Source of the DNA: Octopus bimaculoides
Taxonomy: Eukaryota
Length of the DNA stretch: 64,000 bases
Assembly: GCF_001194135.2 (NCBI RefSeq)
Contig: NC_068982.1
Coordinates: forward strand, 98,780,410 to 98,844,409
Direction of reading: 5' to 3'
Part shown: positions 12,551-25,719 of the stretch, one piece after another
Position numbering within the stretch: position 1 is the first letter of the stretch
Layout of the letters: every line of letters starts with the position of its first letter
Made by a program: the position numbers and the translations under genes
The notes under the pieces: generated by a model
Database searches by the model: none
What the model saw: the letters and a program-made list of their open reading frames with translations, nothing else
Told to the model about the DNA's origin: nothing

Positions 12551-12915
12551 TACAGGATGTTTAAGCTAAATTTGACGATTTTTTTATGTCTTTTTTATTC
12601 AGTATTGGTGAGCAGTCAGTGATGTTTGAGAACATAAAATTTAAAGTTGTAGTAGGCAAAAAGTTAGCTGACATGGATGACTGGAAACCACCTGAATATT
12701 ACAAAAGAGTTGCCTGTATCAGGGTAACTTGAGCTTGGTGTCAAACTACAGACATCATGACAGCTGTTCAATGCTCTGTGAACATAGTAAAGGCTGTAAG
12801 ACGTAACATGGATAGCTGCAATAGAAACCATGAAGCCATGGCCTGCAGGAAAGAACACAGCAAGTATTATGGAAGCATCTGCACACCAGAATTCATCTAA
12901 CAACTGCAAGAAAGG
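12551..12915 (+). mobile_element. 5' fragment of a maT-like Tc1/mariner element
   Basis: Collinear with 28485-28860 (aagctaaatttgacgattttt...; degenerate N-terminus MDDWKPPEYYKRVAC...CTPEFI). Confidence 0.6.
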
Positions 12916-13643
12916 TGTCCGGCTAAAGAAAATCTGCCTCATCAAATTCCATCTGACCCATGCAAGCATGGAATAGTGTATGCTAGAAGGATGATGGCAA
13001 TGATGATAAATCAGCATGACAACATATAACAGGAGATATATATCTTCAAACTACAAGTACAATCCATCTACCCAGTTTCACCCATAAAGAAGGTTTGACC
13101 CAAGACTATGGAAAATAACACTTATTCTAGATGCCATGCAGTGGAATCAAAACTGGAACTTCATGGTTGCAAAGTAAACTTTTTAACCAATTGTCCATAT
13201 GAGATTTCTTAGCAACAAAATTGATACATTCTGTCTCAATGACATATAGTAATTCATGACTAAAGGTCACTATTTTAAAAACTGTTTCTTTTTAATGGTG
13301 CTCATGGGTCAGTAAATCCTTACCATTATTCCTTGACTTAGCAAAAATTGTTCTATGAAGTGTTAGGATCACAGATTTACTACAGTAAATACTTCATAAC
13401 CAACAAAAGGCCATTCATGTCGGTCATACTAATTCGACTGTCCATTTATTTTATATCACATTCTGTGAACCATAATATACTAGATTACAGACACCTAATG
13501 AATCAATCACTAATTCACAAGGAATTGTTTGTGTAGAACAAATATCATACAGAGTACTTCGATTTTAAAGTTGTAAATTTTTAGTTTTCTCACTAATGTT
13601 TACATCTTTCATGTATGTATACACTAACACACACAGTAGGATT

Positions 13644-14038
13644 GGTGCAGGAGTGGCTGTGTGGTAAAGTAGCTTGCTTACCAACCACATGGTTCCAGGT
13701 TCAGTCCCATTACATGGCACCTTGGGTAAGTGTCTTCTTCTATAGCTTCAGGTCGATCAAAGCCTTGTGAGTGGATTTGGTAGACAGAAACTGAAAGAAG
13801 CCCATCATGTGTGTGTGTGTGAGTGTGTGTGCGCGCGCGCGCGTCTGTGTTTGTCCCCCCACCATCATTTGACAACCGATGTTGGTGTGTTTACGTCCCC
13901 GTAACTTAGCAGTTAAAAGAGAACAATAGGATAAGTACTAGGCTTACAAAGAATAAGTCCTGGGGTAGATTTGTTCAACTAAAGGTGGTGCTCCAGCATG
14001 GATACAGTCAAATGACTGAAACAAATAAAAGAATAAAA
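13644..14038 (+). mobile_element. Near full-length tRNA-derived SINE family A (CORE-like central block)
   Basis: A-box-like tggctgtgtggtaa and B-box-like ggttcagtcc, then caccttgggtaagtgtcttc (CORE-like), an internal (TG)n/(CG)n tract, body and taaaagaataaaa tail. Other copies lie near 6825, 14975, 18390, 19680, 21074, 22265, 25360, 35105, 41980, 59510, 61580 and 61965. Confidence 0.8.
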
Positions 14039-14128
14039 CTCCACTCACACAGTATTGATCAACCTGAGGCCATGTTAAAAGACATTTGCCCAAGGTACCA
14101 CATAAGAGAGAACCACATAAATGAGAAG

Positions 14129-14417
14129 TCGTTGCCAGTGCCGCTGGACTGGCTCCCGTGCAGGTGGCACGTAAAAAACACCTTTTTGAGCATGGCCGTT
14201 GCCAGTACCATGTGACTGGCCCTTGTGCCGGTGGCACGTAAAAGCACCCACTACACTCTCGGAGTGGTTGGCGTTAGGAAGGGCATCCAGCTGTAGAAAC
14301 TCTGCCAGATCGGATTGGAGCCTGTGCAGCTTTCTGGCTTGCCAGTCCTCAGTCAAATCGTCCAACCCATGCTAGCATGGAAAGCGGACGTTAAATGATG
14401 ATGATGATGATGATGAT
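14129..14417 (+). mobile_element. SINE family B copy
   Basis: 5' modules plus core and (GAT)n tail. Further copies or fragments lie near 15113, 17630-17865, 18790-19015, 27283-27520, 28200-28395, 32400-32725, 35960-36230, 58000-58145, 61795-61945, 62130-62270 and 63700-63860. Confidence 0.85.
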
Positions 14418-15149
14418 ACGTACCTACATCCTTGATTCCTTGCTAGTTATTTTCTCCGTTACATTTCTCAGTTTTGTTTATGTACATGGAATATTATTTT
14501 TGATACTTGAAAGTAAATATGTTTTCTCAGTATGCATTCCACAATATCAACATTTCATTGATAAGGAATTTGATTAAAAAAAAAAACTGCCAATGAAAAG
14601 GGTAAACAGGAAAGAAACAAGTGAGATATCAATCCATTCTGCTGCTAATATATCTGAACAGCCACTGTTGCCTAACTAGATTATTTGATAAGTCTCCTAT
14701 GAAGGGAAGAGATGACTGTAACAACATTAACCATCAACCTACATTTTGTAAATGTTCAGTTAGACTGGATCTTCACTTTGTGTTGTGATCTCTATTTTCT
14801 ATTTTACCCTTTTACACTGTCAATTCAGAGAAAGTGTTGCCCATTGCACAGTACAATACCAGTAACCACATACATAATTACAACTGTTCAAAAGGTTAAT
14901 GTTATTTTCACTTGGTCATAATGTCTCATCAATAAAATCAGGATCAATAGGTGTTTTAGTTACAAAGATACAAGTGTGGCTGTTTGATTCAGAAGCCCAT
15001 TTTGCAACCGTATAGTTTCAGGTTCAGTCCCACAGTGTTGTACCTTGGGTAAGTACCTTGAATGAATTTAGTAGCTGGAAACTGTGTGGAAGCCTGTCAT
15101 AAATAAATATATCATCATCATCGTTTAACGTCCGCTTTCCATGCTAGCA

Positions 15150-15207
<58 letters not shown>

Positions 15208-15440
15208 ACGTGTGTGTTTGCTATGTGTATATATATATATGTATATATATATATATAAAACATACTTAGAAGAGGATGCATGGCGTTCAATCATATAATA
15301 ATATAAATAATATATATATAAGCATATATACATACGTATAATGTACATACTTACATCTATACGTATATACATATGCATATGTGGGCACAGGACATCATGA
15401 AATGTGTACAACAAAAAATATGAAGTACCAGTGCATGGAA

Positions 15441-16061
15441 TATGAACTATTTTTTCGAACAACGCAAAATGGAAAACAAGACAAACAACATAAAGAACGA
15501 CCCTTCATCAGTTGTTGGCTGTTTTTCTACTCTTGTATTTCGAGCATTTCACAACAAGATATGCTTTTGATAAAACAGTTGTTCCCACAAAGCAAATTAA
15601 ATAAAATTTGGGATTTTGCAGAGGGTCAAAATTGGTAACAAAAACAGGACAGTGAAAACAAACAGGAAGGGTTGCTAAGACTAAACGAGGTTGTGGTGGC
15701 GAACGCGTAAGTCAAGCTTGGACAGGAGACAAACAGGATCAAGGAAGATGTGCTCTTGTCTGTCTCCTGTCCAAGCTTGATTTACGCGTTCACTACAACA
15801 ACCTTGTTTAGGCTTAGCAAACCTTCCTGTTTGTTTTCACTGTCCTGTTTTTGTTATCAATTTTGACCCTCTGCAAAATCCCAAATTTTATTTAATTTGC
15901 TTTGTAGGACCAACTGTTTTATCAAAAGCATATCTTGTTGTGAAATACTCGAAATACGAGAGTGGAAAAACAGCCATCAACAGTTTATGTGGTTTATGTC
16001 TTTATGTTGTTTGTCCTGTTTTACCATTTGTGTTTTAAGTTGTTCGAAAAAATAGTTCATA
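15441..16061. repeat. About 620-bp foldback (long inverted repeat, MITE-like)
   Basis: tatgaactattttttcgaac (15441) pairs with gttcgaaaaaatagttcata (ending 16061). The arms pair inward to gacaggagaca (15721-31) / tgtctcctgtc (15761-71), leaving a loop of about 29 nt. Confidence 0.9.
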
Positions 16062-16260
16062 CTAGCAGTATAGCCTGGCGTTGCCTGGGATTAAATTAGA
16101 TTATTAAGCTAATCAAGCGCTTTGTTTCAAACCTAACTAAGTAACACTGACATCAAATTTGAGCGAAATCCATTGAAATTGGAAAAACGTTTGGCTGAAA
16201 ATGGGTTGCAGACAATTTGATTGGGAAATCCCATAAGGAATTGGTAAATCACTTTTTCCA
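16061..16260 (+). mobile_element. Possible non-autonomous Helitron/Helentron-like fragment
   Basis: Begins actagcagtatagcctggcgttgcctggg and contains catcaaatttgagcgaaatccattga, both like Helentron-associated elements (recall). A similar-class fragment may lie at about 55205-55500. Confidence 0.4.
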
Positions 16261-17474
16261 CTCATAGAGGGTATTTGCTTGACTAAACCCTTTGAGTCAG
16301 TATCTAAGCATGACTCCAGTCCAATGACTGAAACAAGTAAAGAAAGTCAAATCATTCAGTTCATGCAACTTTCTAAAAGGAAGAAGAGATTTCCTAAGCC
16401 TGTTGCCATGGATTTATATATGCAAAATTTTATAACTGCTAAATGCTAGAAATATTATCATTAGACAAACTTGAAATACATTGAAATAGAGGAAAACAAG
16501 ACGCTAGGAGACTAACACTCATTTCACTACACTGTATTAGAAGGACACATTGAATGAGCTTGAAATATCATGGTGTGAAAAGACTAGTAAAATTAAGATT
16601 TTGAAATAAAATTGAAATGAATGTAGGTTTACACCTCAGTGCCTTTCCTGTTTCAAATCACTGAACCATAAAATGAGAATGGCTCTTTTTTCACTAAGAT
16701 AAACTAAAGTACACAGAGTAAAGTGTATCAGCTAATATCACAATGAAGTAGTTGTGGTGAGCTTTAGACCCAGTAGACAGAAGTTCAGGATGTATATTAG
16801 ATTTTGCCATTGTACCTTACAAAAGGGGAAAAAAAAAAAAAGCATAATAAAATCAACCAAATTGCCCTCTGTAACAATGCTGATAGTTGCAGAAAGATTT
16901 CAATAGCATACAGTTTCGTATGCAGATTATCTGATGGTGAGGAAGGGAGGGGGTCACTGCATAGTCCATGGAAAGTAGAATAGTACAATGGTTTCACAAA
17001 GTGCTGATGCAAATGTGATGGATAGAAGTGTGATGTACCCGATATCTAAGGAGTTCTGAGGAGTAGGAACCATTCTAGTAATGATAGGGAAGAAATAGAG
17101 AGAACATAATGTGGTAATGGGTTAATAATTGCAGTGTGTTTGTGAGTGAAGGTTTAGTAAACAGTAAGACGATTTGAGTGAAGAATTCACAATAAAAAGT
17201 TTATATGTGTACCAACTGCTTCATCTCATACATGCTAGGCATATTCTAATGTACCAGTACTTAGACTTGGCAGAGTGTCTGTAATTCTTCAACACTAGTA
17301 TTTTCTTGTCCTAAAGAGAAAACAGCCTTTTTATTATGCAGTTCTACTAATGTGTTCCAGTCATGAAAGAACAGAGATTATGGAAGAAGATTTGCAAATT
17401 TTTGTAAACATTTTAGTTGGGTATTGATTAGTGAGAGAGGCAGTGTTTAATATAGGGAGGTAACACTTATGTCC

Positions 17475-17624
17475 ACTTAAACATGGATGTTCTGTTAGAA
17501 CAAACTATACTGCAGCAGTTACCATAAGAGAAACTGTCCTGTTGTTTTGACATGGCCAATGAGCATTTCTCTCATGGTAACTACTGCAGTATAATTTGTT
17601 CCAACAGAACATCCATGTTTAAGT
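17475..17624. repeat. 150-bp inverted repeat
   Basis: acttaaacatggatgttctgttagaacaaactatactgcagcagttaccataagagaaa pairs with tttctctcatggtaactactgcagtataatttgttccaacagaacatccatgtttaagt. Confidence 0.85.
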
Positions 17625-19928
17625 CTGCATGTAAAATACACCATTTTGAGTGTGGCCGTTGCCAGTACCGCCTGACTGGCCTTCGTGCTGGTGGCACGTA
17701 AAAGCAGCCACTACGCTCTCAGAGTGGTTGGCGTTAGGAAGGGCATCCAGTTGTAGAAACTCTGCCAAATCAGATTGGAGCCTGGTGTAGCCAACTGGAT
17801 CACCAGTCCTCAGTCAAATCGTCCAACCCATGCTAGCATGGAAAGCGGACGTTAAATGATGATGAAACTGTAGTGTTCTAAGTGAGTTTCCTTGATATTT
17901 GAAGTAACTGAGCAAGATTTTAGTCGAGTTAACCACAGTTTGCATTAATGTTAATGAACATTTCTATTTTGTTGTTGCTCCAGCTAATATTCTAAATGCT
18001 CTCAGATATATTGAATATTTACTATTGATGTTAGCCAAAAGGTTGAATATTTAAACACATTCCAGGTACACACATGGATTTGTGATTAAGAAGTTTTCTT
18101 CTCTTCTCAATAAAGTGATTTCAACTTCAGACTCACAGTGCAGTAACCTTGGGTAAGTGTCTTCTCTAATAGCCTTGTGAGTGAATTTAGTAGATGAAAA
18201 TATCGAGTGTGAGTATGCATGAATGTGTGTGTGAGTGTGTGCAAATATGTGCGTGCATGTATAAATGCATCTGTGTATAGGAGAGGAGGAATTATTAAAG
18301 CAGAAAATATTTTATCAAAAACTATCACAGATATCAGAACCAGTAAATTCTTTACAAAGTTCTACAGTTGATCTCATGGATTAGGTGCAGATTTGGTGTG
18401 TGGTAAGAAGTTTGCTTACTATCTACATAGTCTAGGTTCAATCCCACTGTGTGGTACCTTGGACCAGTGTCTTCAGCTATAGCCATGGGCTGATCAAAGC
18501 CTTGCATGTGGATTTATTAGACGGAAACTGAAAGAAGATCATGCATGCATGTATGTGTGTGTGTGTTTGTATCCCCTTGTTTTGACATTGCGTGATAGTT
18601 GAAATTGGTGATCAACAGCATACAATCAATGTCATTTAGACATTGGGCCTCACTGAGGAAATTACAAGGAAGCAGCGGTGACGATTAGTTGTACTTGGTA
18701 AGATGCATCAAGCTAAGTAAAATCGCTGTCTCTCGCACATACAAGCTTGTCCTTTCAGGTGCCAGAACCACATAATATGCACCCATGACTGTGTTGTTGT
18801 ACATGCACCCATGCTGGTACAGTGTAGAAACACCTGTGCCAGTAGCACATAAAAAGCACCCAGCACACTCTATTAAGTGGTTAGCACTAGGAAGGGCATC
18901 CAGCTGTAGAAACTTTGCCATAACAGACAAGTGGAGTTTTGACTGCTCCCAGATGGCCAACTTCATGTCAAACCATCCAACCCATGCCAGCAAGGAAAAC
19001 AGACATTACATGACGATTATATCTAACATTTCTCTAATATTCACCTTTCTCTAAGTTGAAGGTATTCCTTGACACATCTTCCTCACTACCCTCCTTTTTT
19101 TTTCCAACTGGGGTAACCATGCATCTCCCTTATAACAGGACATCTGTTTCTGTCCCTCTATCATACTTTAACCTTTCATCACTTGGCACAAAGCCAAGTC
19201 TCTCAATATTACACCCACTTCAATTGAGAGGTTTTGTCTTGCAAGTTACTTGGTGACCTCGGTGCCACGTAAAAAAAAAGTGCCCAGGAACACTCTGAAA
19301 AGTAGTTGGTATTATGAAGGAAACTATGCTAAAACAGACATTGAAGCTTGGAGCAGTTTTCTGGCTATCCAGCTCTTGTTGAACTGTTCAACCCATGCCA
19401 GCATAGAGAACTGACATTAAATGATGACAGCAATTATGATGACAATGATGATGAAAATGACTAGTAAAGATTATTTATAATGGAATATCACTAATATGGC
19501 ATTCAGCCACAACAACGTGAATATCAGTCTATGTTTACTCAGTAACATTTGTTACATGTCAGAATGCTCTATAAGTCAGTGGTACACCAGACATGCAAAA
19601 GAAACATCTGTTGCCACAAGAGATTTAAGAGTTTCCTTAGTTCTTATCATTGGCTTCTAACTTTTATCTTTTACTAGTTTCTTTCAGGCATTAGGCTGTG
19701 GCCATACTAGAGTACCACATCAAAGAGTTTTGTCGATCAAATTGATGTTTTTTGAGGTTCTTTTAAAAAATTTTTTGAAAGTCTGGCATTTATTCAATCA
19801 GTTCCTTTTTGCTAAACCACTAAGTTATAGGACTGTAAACAAACCAACACTAGTTGGGAAGTGGAGGTGGGGGAGACAAAGGCAAAGATACACACACACA
19901 GATGTACGTACATACATACATGCACACA

Positions 19929-19974
<46 letters not shown>

Positions 19975-21701
19975 CTTCTTTCAGCTTCCATCAACCAAAT
20001 TCACTAACATGGCTTTGGTCAACTTTGGGCTATAGTAAAAGGCACTTACCAGACAACCACACCTATGCCTATGTTAGTAAGACTCTCACTTTCAATGTCC
20101 TTTGCAGATATATAATAAAAAGTTGAGTCATTTTTTTTTTTTTTTGCTCTCTTTTGAAAGCACAATTCCAACTAACAGATACTTTAGTCAATTAATTGGT
20201 AAGATTTAGAACTCAAACAGGAATTATAGAGACTCCATATTTAGTATTTCAAGAATAATAACAATACTGACATTATCCATTTCTACTTCAGTCCAAGGAC
20301 TCAAGATTTGAACTTGTAATTAATTACAAGCTGATATAACACTTGCTACGCCTTTCTCCATAGTTTCGAGCTGATTAACCATGATGCCTATTTACAACTG
20401 GAAAGACTGAACCAGCAAGAGATGTGTTTTTGCCAATATACCTCTTGTTGCAGATCACATCACTGGAACAATATTTATATTCAACAGTTACCATATTTCA
20501 TCCTTAGCTGAGGCAGATCAGTGAAAGACAGGTGGCATGCCCTCTTAATATTTGGATATCTAATGTTAATGAATAGCATTTAGTTAACTCTCTTGGGACA
20601 CCTGGGCCGATTGATCAACCCAAGTGATACAAACTGAAAGGACTTTGAGTCCAATCCATCAGCCCAATGAAACAAAAGTTGTGTATGGTTGGTTTTGAAG
20701 TATAATAGCCAATCAGAGATCATCTTCCAGTACATATTTTTGTTTTGTTTTTGTATTATTCTATTTACCAATATAGTGTTGTTTTAGGTTTTCTTATTGT
20801 GATAGACGTATTGTACTGTTTATAAATTTTCGTAATATATATAGTTTTACATACAAATAAAGTAGTTTTAGGCACTTTATCCTTTGTTTTCTATATGTGC
20901 CCATCAATTTCAATCTCAAGAGAAAAAATTTGGGTCTTTTTGGCTACACATACCAAAACACCATGTGTCTGAAAATGGTTAAAATACCAGCACTAATAGC
21001 ACAAATGAAAATATCCCAATTAACAGAACCATTTCAACATAGACAGTCAAAATGTTAAGGAGTGGCTGTATATAGGCGTAGGAGTGAGTAGCTTGCTTAC
21101 CAACCACATGGTTCCGGGTTCAGTCCCACTACGTGGCACCTTGGGCAAGTGTCTTCTACTATAACCTCAGGCCAACCAAAGCCTTGTGAGTGGATTTGGT
21201 AGACGGAAATTGAAAGAAGCCCGTCGTGTATATATATATATATATATATATAGAATAAATGGGTTAATAGAAACCAATGTAGCAAAGAACACAAAATAAC
21301 TGTGGTTTAGTTCCTGTTTTTAAGGCAGGAACTCCTTGAAATTTTGGATATTTGAGTATATTTAAGAATTTAAGGAATGGAGAAAACGCATGTTATAATT
21401 GCATACTTTATTCCTACATATGTTTCAAAGGATTACAACCTGTGTGATCCATAGGGATCTTTGATATTAAAATTGTAACCTTCTCATCAGGGAAAGCATG
21501 GGAATCATCTTAAATGTAAGACATAATGACCGATTATGAAAACAATAGATGGATAAGGTTATGACTTGATTCATTTGAAAATGAATCAAGAGAATTGGAC
21601 GCTGCCGGATAGTGGTTTGGACAACACATACCTATAAATGTGTGAGAACGTACATGCATACATAAATACATATACACAAAGACACACATACATGCATATT
21701 G

Positions 21702-21740
<39 letters not shown>

Positions 21741-21755
21741 CATACATATGTGCAC

Positions 21756-21818
<63 letters not shown>

Positions 21819-22544
21819 TATATATATACACNNNNNNNNNNNNNNNNNNNNNNNNNNNNNNNNNNNNNNNNNNNNNNNNNNNNNNNNNNNNNNNNNNNNN
21901 NNNNNNNNNNNNNNNNNNNNNNNNNNNNNNNNNNNNNNNNNNNNNNNNNNNNNNNNNNNNNNNNNNNNNNNNNNNNNNNNNNNNNNNNNNNNNNNNNNNN
22001 NNNNNNNNNNNNNNNNNNNNNNNNNNNNNNNNNNNNNNNNNNNNNNNNNNNNNNNNNNNNNNNNNNNNNNNNNNNNNNNNNNNNNNNNNNNNNATACACA
22101 TACCCATATACATACATCCACATATCCATATATATGTGTGCATGTATACATATATATATGTGTACACACACACACATACACATATATACACATACACACA
22201 TATACACATACATATACACACACAAACACACATATATATATGTATGCATGTGCATGTGTATGTTTGTGTGTCTGTGTTTGTCCCCTCAACATCACTTGAC
22301 AACCGATGCTGGTGTTTTTTAAGTCACCGTAACTTAGCAGTTCGGCAAAAGAGACCGATAGAATAAGTACTAGGCTTACAAAGAATAAGTCCTGGGGGAC
22401 AATTTGCTCAACTAAAGGCGGTGCTCCAGCATGGCCACAGTCAAATGACTGAAACAAGTAAAAGAGTAAACTATGTTAGACATTAAATCAGAATCCAGCT
22501 TGCATTGCATTCCATTAACACGACTACAAATAATAATAATAATA

Positions 22545-23238
22545 ATGGTGGTTTTAAATTCTGGAACAAGGCCAACAATTTTAGGGGAGGGAGTAAGCTG
22601 ATTGCATCAATTTACCCCCACCCCCAATACTCAACTGGAACTTATTTTAAGACCCTACCCACAAAAGGGAAAAGATAAAGTCATCCTAGGCAGAATTTGA
22701 ACTCAGAATGAAAAGAGCCAGAAGAAATGCTGCTAAGCATTTTGCCCAACATTAACAATTCTGCTCGCTCACTGCTTTTATTACTTTCTTATTTTGGCAC
22801 CACAAGACCAGCTATTTTAGGAGAGGGATAAGTCAATTACATAAATCCCAGTGCTCAACTGGTACTTATTTTAGCAACCCTGAAAGGATGAAAGGCAAAA
22901 TCAACCTGGTAGAATTTGAACTCAGAACATCAAGACAGGCAAAATGCTGGTAAGCAGTTTGTCCAGTGCACTAAAGATTCTGCCAGCTCACTGCCTTAAC
23001 AATAATAATAATAATAATTCTTTCTACTTAGGCACAAGTCCTGAAATTTTGTGAAGCTGGGACTAGTTGCTCACATCAACCCCAGTTCTTAACTGGTACT
23101 TATTTTATCAACCCAGGTCTGAAATGATGGAAGGTAAAATTGGCCTTAGCAGAATCGGAATTCAGAACATAAGAGACAGAATAAATGCCAGTAAGCATTT
23201 TCTCTGGCATGCTAATGATTCGGCCAGCTCACTGCTTT
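22545..23238 (-). mobile_element. Three head-to-tail copies of tRNA-derived SINE family C
   Basis: Each copy reads ...gaatttgaactcagaa...ctgccagctcactgc on the + strand (B box and head on the minus strand). Copies at about 22545-22776, 22790-22997 and 23001-23238; (AAT)n tails on the first and third. Confidence 0.7.
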
Positions 23239-23610
23239 AAAAACAAGAAACCTAATACCATACTTTGATGTTTGCCCAGTTGTAGCCTCCCACACATATC
23301 TTTCTAATCTACAAGTACCAATTAATTTCTATTGAGTTATTTAAGAGAGACTACAGATTCCCCAGTCACTTGTTGAATTACTTGATTTATTTATTTGGTA
23401 AAATAACAAATTGAAATAATATAAGTTGAATAGGTATTTACTGATGAGAATTATATTGAGATTTCCCAAATGTGCTATTATACTAATTACATTGATTGGA
23501 ATGGTACACCTCACAATTAGATCATAGATTGGAGTCTGTAGTGATGAATTAATATGCATCCATTATATAATCAGCAACATAAATAATCTAGAAGAAAAAA
23601 TACTACTCAC

Positions 23611-23703
23611 TGAGTTTTTTCTTCACCCTCATCCATCACTTTTTCATAAGCAATGAGTTTCTCAATTTCTTTCATAGTATTGTAAATCCCAGAGGCATGT
23701 TCT
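23611..23703 (-). CDS. PDXDC1: PDXDC1 coding exon (93 nt, phase 2->2)
   Basis: aaacctttcAG|A GAA CAT...ACT CA|GTgagt. Encodes EHASGIYNTMKEIEKLIAYEKVMDEGEEKT(Q), similar to human GQDMVSILQLVQNLMHGDEDEEPQSP. Phase joins the 9687 exon. Confidence 0.8.
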
Positions 23704-23964
23704 CTGAAAGGTTTAAAATGTACAACATACAGATACAAAGAATGCCAATGCATTATACCATACAAATACACAACAAAAATCAAATAAATTCCATTATAAA
23801 AATATGGTTTCCTACAAAATATGTTGTGGCAGTTCTGACTCTTCAACATCATCATGTTCTTCAGTCCTGCAGTAAAATAAAAAGAAAATATGTAAGACTT
23901 CATTAAAGACCAAGATACATTATTATTATCATCATCATTATTATTATTATTATTATTATATTAT

Positions 23965-24800
23965 CATTCCTTAAAGGCTGAAAGCTTTGCATATGGCACA
24001 AAACACAGTCTGAAGCTGTGTAGGTAGATGAATGGCAGCATAACATCACCATCACTAGTGATCACTCCAAACACCATGATGTTGACTGGATGTTTGATTT
24101 TTATCACTCTCAGTACATGTTTTGGGGACACGACAAGCCAACAGTTGTTCTGTGTGTTCGCCATCTGATCCTGACAGAAAATTTTCTTGTCTGAGAAAAA
24201 CCAAAGCATTTTCAGTTGGAGGGCATGCTTGAGTTTGTTCAAAAGCTTCGTAGCACGGTCTTTCCTCTTGTCCTAGAATGGCTTGGGATAAGAATTGGCA
24301 CTTTCTCATCTAGCATGAGGAATACTGAATCTCTTCATGCACTACCTGCCTGATAAGAAATGCACACACTCCCATGTCCCTGGTGATAGACCTGACTGAC
24401 TTGGAGAGATTGTTGTCAATCATGGCCTGAATCTCACCAACAAATTCAGGAGTTCTTTTCTTATCAGAACAATCAGAGTGAGTTTTCCGAGCTGCCATAC
24501 CTTCATAATCACCATTAGATTCATCCAACTCTTTCCAAATCCTGTGCACTGTCCTCAAATTGACACCCAAACACTCTGAAATATTTGTATTGGAGCTTCT
24601 GATGCGAATGCCAGGCAGTATATAGCATGTCGTTTCCAAATTTCTGGCAAAATGCATTGTGTCGTGGTACTGTGTTTCTCACAGACGGTGCCAAACTGAC
24701 CCTACTATACTGTGTAGTTGACAAAATCGAAAACAAACAATGTACATGCACAAAATAAAAAATATAAAATGGCGACAATCTACCCCATTTACAAGGTTGG
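23965..24800 (-). mobile_element. Degenerate maT (DD37D)-like Tc1/mariner transposase, 3'-truncated
   Basis: Broken ORFs: HTH-like ISECLGVNLRTVHRIWKEL...KKRTPEFVGEIQAMIDNN...IRQVVHEEI, then FFSDKKIFCQDQMANTQNN...KHPVNIMVFGVITSDGDVM. Confidence 0.75.
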
Positions 24801-25666
24801 GAGGGGACACACAATTTTGAGGTCTTTAGCTAAGGGAGGGGACACACAATTTTGAGGTCTTTAGCTAAGGGAGGCAACTCTGCCTGAAACACACTTCTGT
24901 GTGTTTTGTTGTGGTGAAGAAAATACTTTTTCTCACAATATTTTCCACAATAATTTTTAAAGAAATCTGGACATCTTTCTTACTGCTAACCATTCAACTT
25001 CAAATTACAGTTGTTAATTGTTAGAAGTCAAGTAGACTGAGATGTACATATAGTGTCATTGTATAGAATGAAAATTCAATACAAAGTTTTGAACTCATCT
25101 CGTGGTTAGTAATCCATTACCTTAAATTTGAAGCCATTAGGTCTTTAAACATTATTTTACTGGGTTTAGTCTTTCGACTGTCACCATGATGGGGTATCAA
25201 CTTCAAAAATTTAATTGATCATACTGACCTCAGTACATATTTCAACCTAGCATTTATTTTATAGATCTCTGCTTGATAAACTGCTAACTTTGAGGCATAG
25301 TGGGACACAATACTCGATTTAATAACAAATGTAAAAACACACACAAACACACACACACATTAGGTGCAGGAATGACTATGTGATTGAGAAGTTTGCTTCC
25401 CAACCACATGGTTCCAAATTCAGTGCTTCTGCATGGTACCTTGGGCAAGTGTTTTCTACTATAGCCTTAGGTCAACCACAGATTTGTGACTGAATTTTGT
25501 AGACTGAAACTACATTATTGTTCATCAGAAAATGACCAATAAACATGTTTATAAAGATGAGTCATTTGCTTCATATTCCTCGTGTGCCGATTCTGCCCAT
25601 AAGAAAGGAACAAATAATACATTGTGGCTGAAGGTCATAACACCTGGGCAACACCAGGGTGTAATG

Positions 25667-25719
<53 letters not shown>

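Noticed and set aside
13644-13740. tRNA-like sequences with A/B boxes (also 8876, 9340-9420, 21074, 25360)
   Set aside because: They are heads of tRNA-derived SINEs that continue into SINE bodies; no complete cloverleaf.
21534-22457. Long ORFs (183-307 aa) in all six frames; similar cases at 11109-11480, 27620-28056 and 55497-56417
   Set aside because: They are translations of (TA)/(TG)/(CA) microsatellites and N gaps, which lack stops; not genes.
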